A stretch of 33,852 nt of DNA, taken from a virus (lineage: Duplodnaviria > Caudoviricetes). The stretch spans positions 1 through 33,852 of IMG/VR virus record IMGVR_UViG_3300020044_003574; one strand, given 5' to 3'. Positions 33,448 to 33,852 of this stretch are shown here, one piece after another; the stretch's first letter is position 1, and every line of letters starts with the position of its first letter. Position numbers and translations under genes: made by a program. The notes beneath the pieces are model-generated. The model was given only the letters and a program-made list of their open reading frames with translations, did not search any database and was not told where the DNA came from.

Positions 33448-33468
33448 TTATATACAACTTGTATATAA
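33448..33468. repeat. Perfect inverted repeat with 10-bp arms
   Basis: TTATATACAA-c-TTGTATATAA in AT-rich intergenic region. Confidence 0.6.
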
Positions 33469-33471
33469 AAC

Positions 33472-33834
33472 CTACTTCAAGTACGTTAATTTATATAAGG
33501 TTTGTTTTACTAGAGTCTTAATTTCGTCTATAATATTGAGTTCATCAGAGTCTGTAAAAGGACATTCTGTTTCAATATAAGTTAGTAGCGCTTTAAGATA
33601 AGTAGGAAAATCCTTGCTTACTTCTGTGTAGGAAGCTTGTATGGTTAAAGACAATAAGCCATACTTACCTTGATGTGATTCTATCAGAGTATCTGTTAAA
33701 TCTAGTAACTCATCATAAAAAGTTCCTGCTGCTACATGTGCTGCATATGCTCCTGGGCCTTCTAATGATAAATGGTATAGATGTGCTGTGTCACGGGCAT
33801 GGAATAATCTTCCAATAAATTTATTTACTTCCAC
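33472..33834 (-). CDS. Ferritin/Dps-like protein (DUF5856-like)
   Basis: H..HL.....YAAH.A...FYD.L..L.D.LIE..QG.YG...NIIDEI..L...TLYKL..L. Confidence 0.8.
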   Translation of the reverse strand: MEVNKFIGRLFHARDTAHLYHLSLEGPGAYAAHVAAGTFYDELLDLTDTLIESHQGKYGLLSLTIQASYTEVSKDFPTYLKALLTYIETECPFTDSDELNIIDEIKTLVKQTLYKLTYLK

Positions 33835-33852
33835 TGTTTCTTGCTTTTATTT

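Overview
Positions 1 to ~32,550 are a near-complete genome of a small HK97-fold siphovirus, with every credible gene on the minus strand. Two WhiB factors, an actinobacterial-type SSB, leaderless TANNNT promoters, an M23 endolysin and a DUF2746-like lysis gene point to an actinobacterial host. In transcription order (right to left) it encodes: a 5'-truncated ABC-ATPase/GNAT fusion, TerS, a P-loop kinase, TerL, portal, a multi-domain prohead protease precursor carrying a HAD phosphatase, the major capsid protein, three glycosyltransferases plus an epimerase, the tail module (with a -1 frameshifted chaperone), two fibre/chaperone pairs, lysis genes, a metallophosphoesterase, a DNA methyltransferase, a ribbon-helix-helix (RHH) protein missed by the ORF track, a replication initiator with iterons, WhiB, Rad52/Sak, RusA, WhiB, SSB, HNH and a proteasome/HslV-like peptidase. 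Main observations: (1) three dispersed small-gene cassettes share a promoter, a WTGT-N3-ACAW operator, a covarying 5-bp GCRA hairpin and an RBS leader; two share a terminator; the operator also sits in the promoter of the operon encoding the RHH protein, suggesting a regulon. (2) The prohead protease looks like a polyprotein whose domains are separated by Arg maturation-type sites, with an internal promoter and RBS for the protease alone. (3) A probable virion-glycosylation module; capsid and tail-tube proteins both end in Ser. (4) From ~32,550 the sequence is AT-rich and unrelated, joined through a 21-nt stretch readable in both genes' frames, most likely an assembly chimera. All family assignments come from motif recognition by eye; no database search was run.
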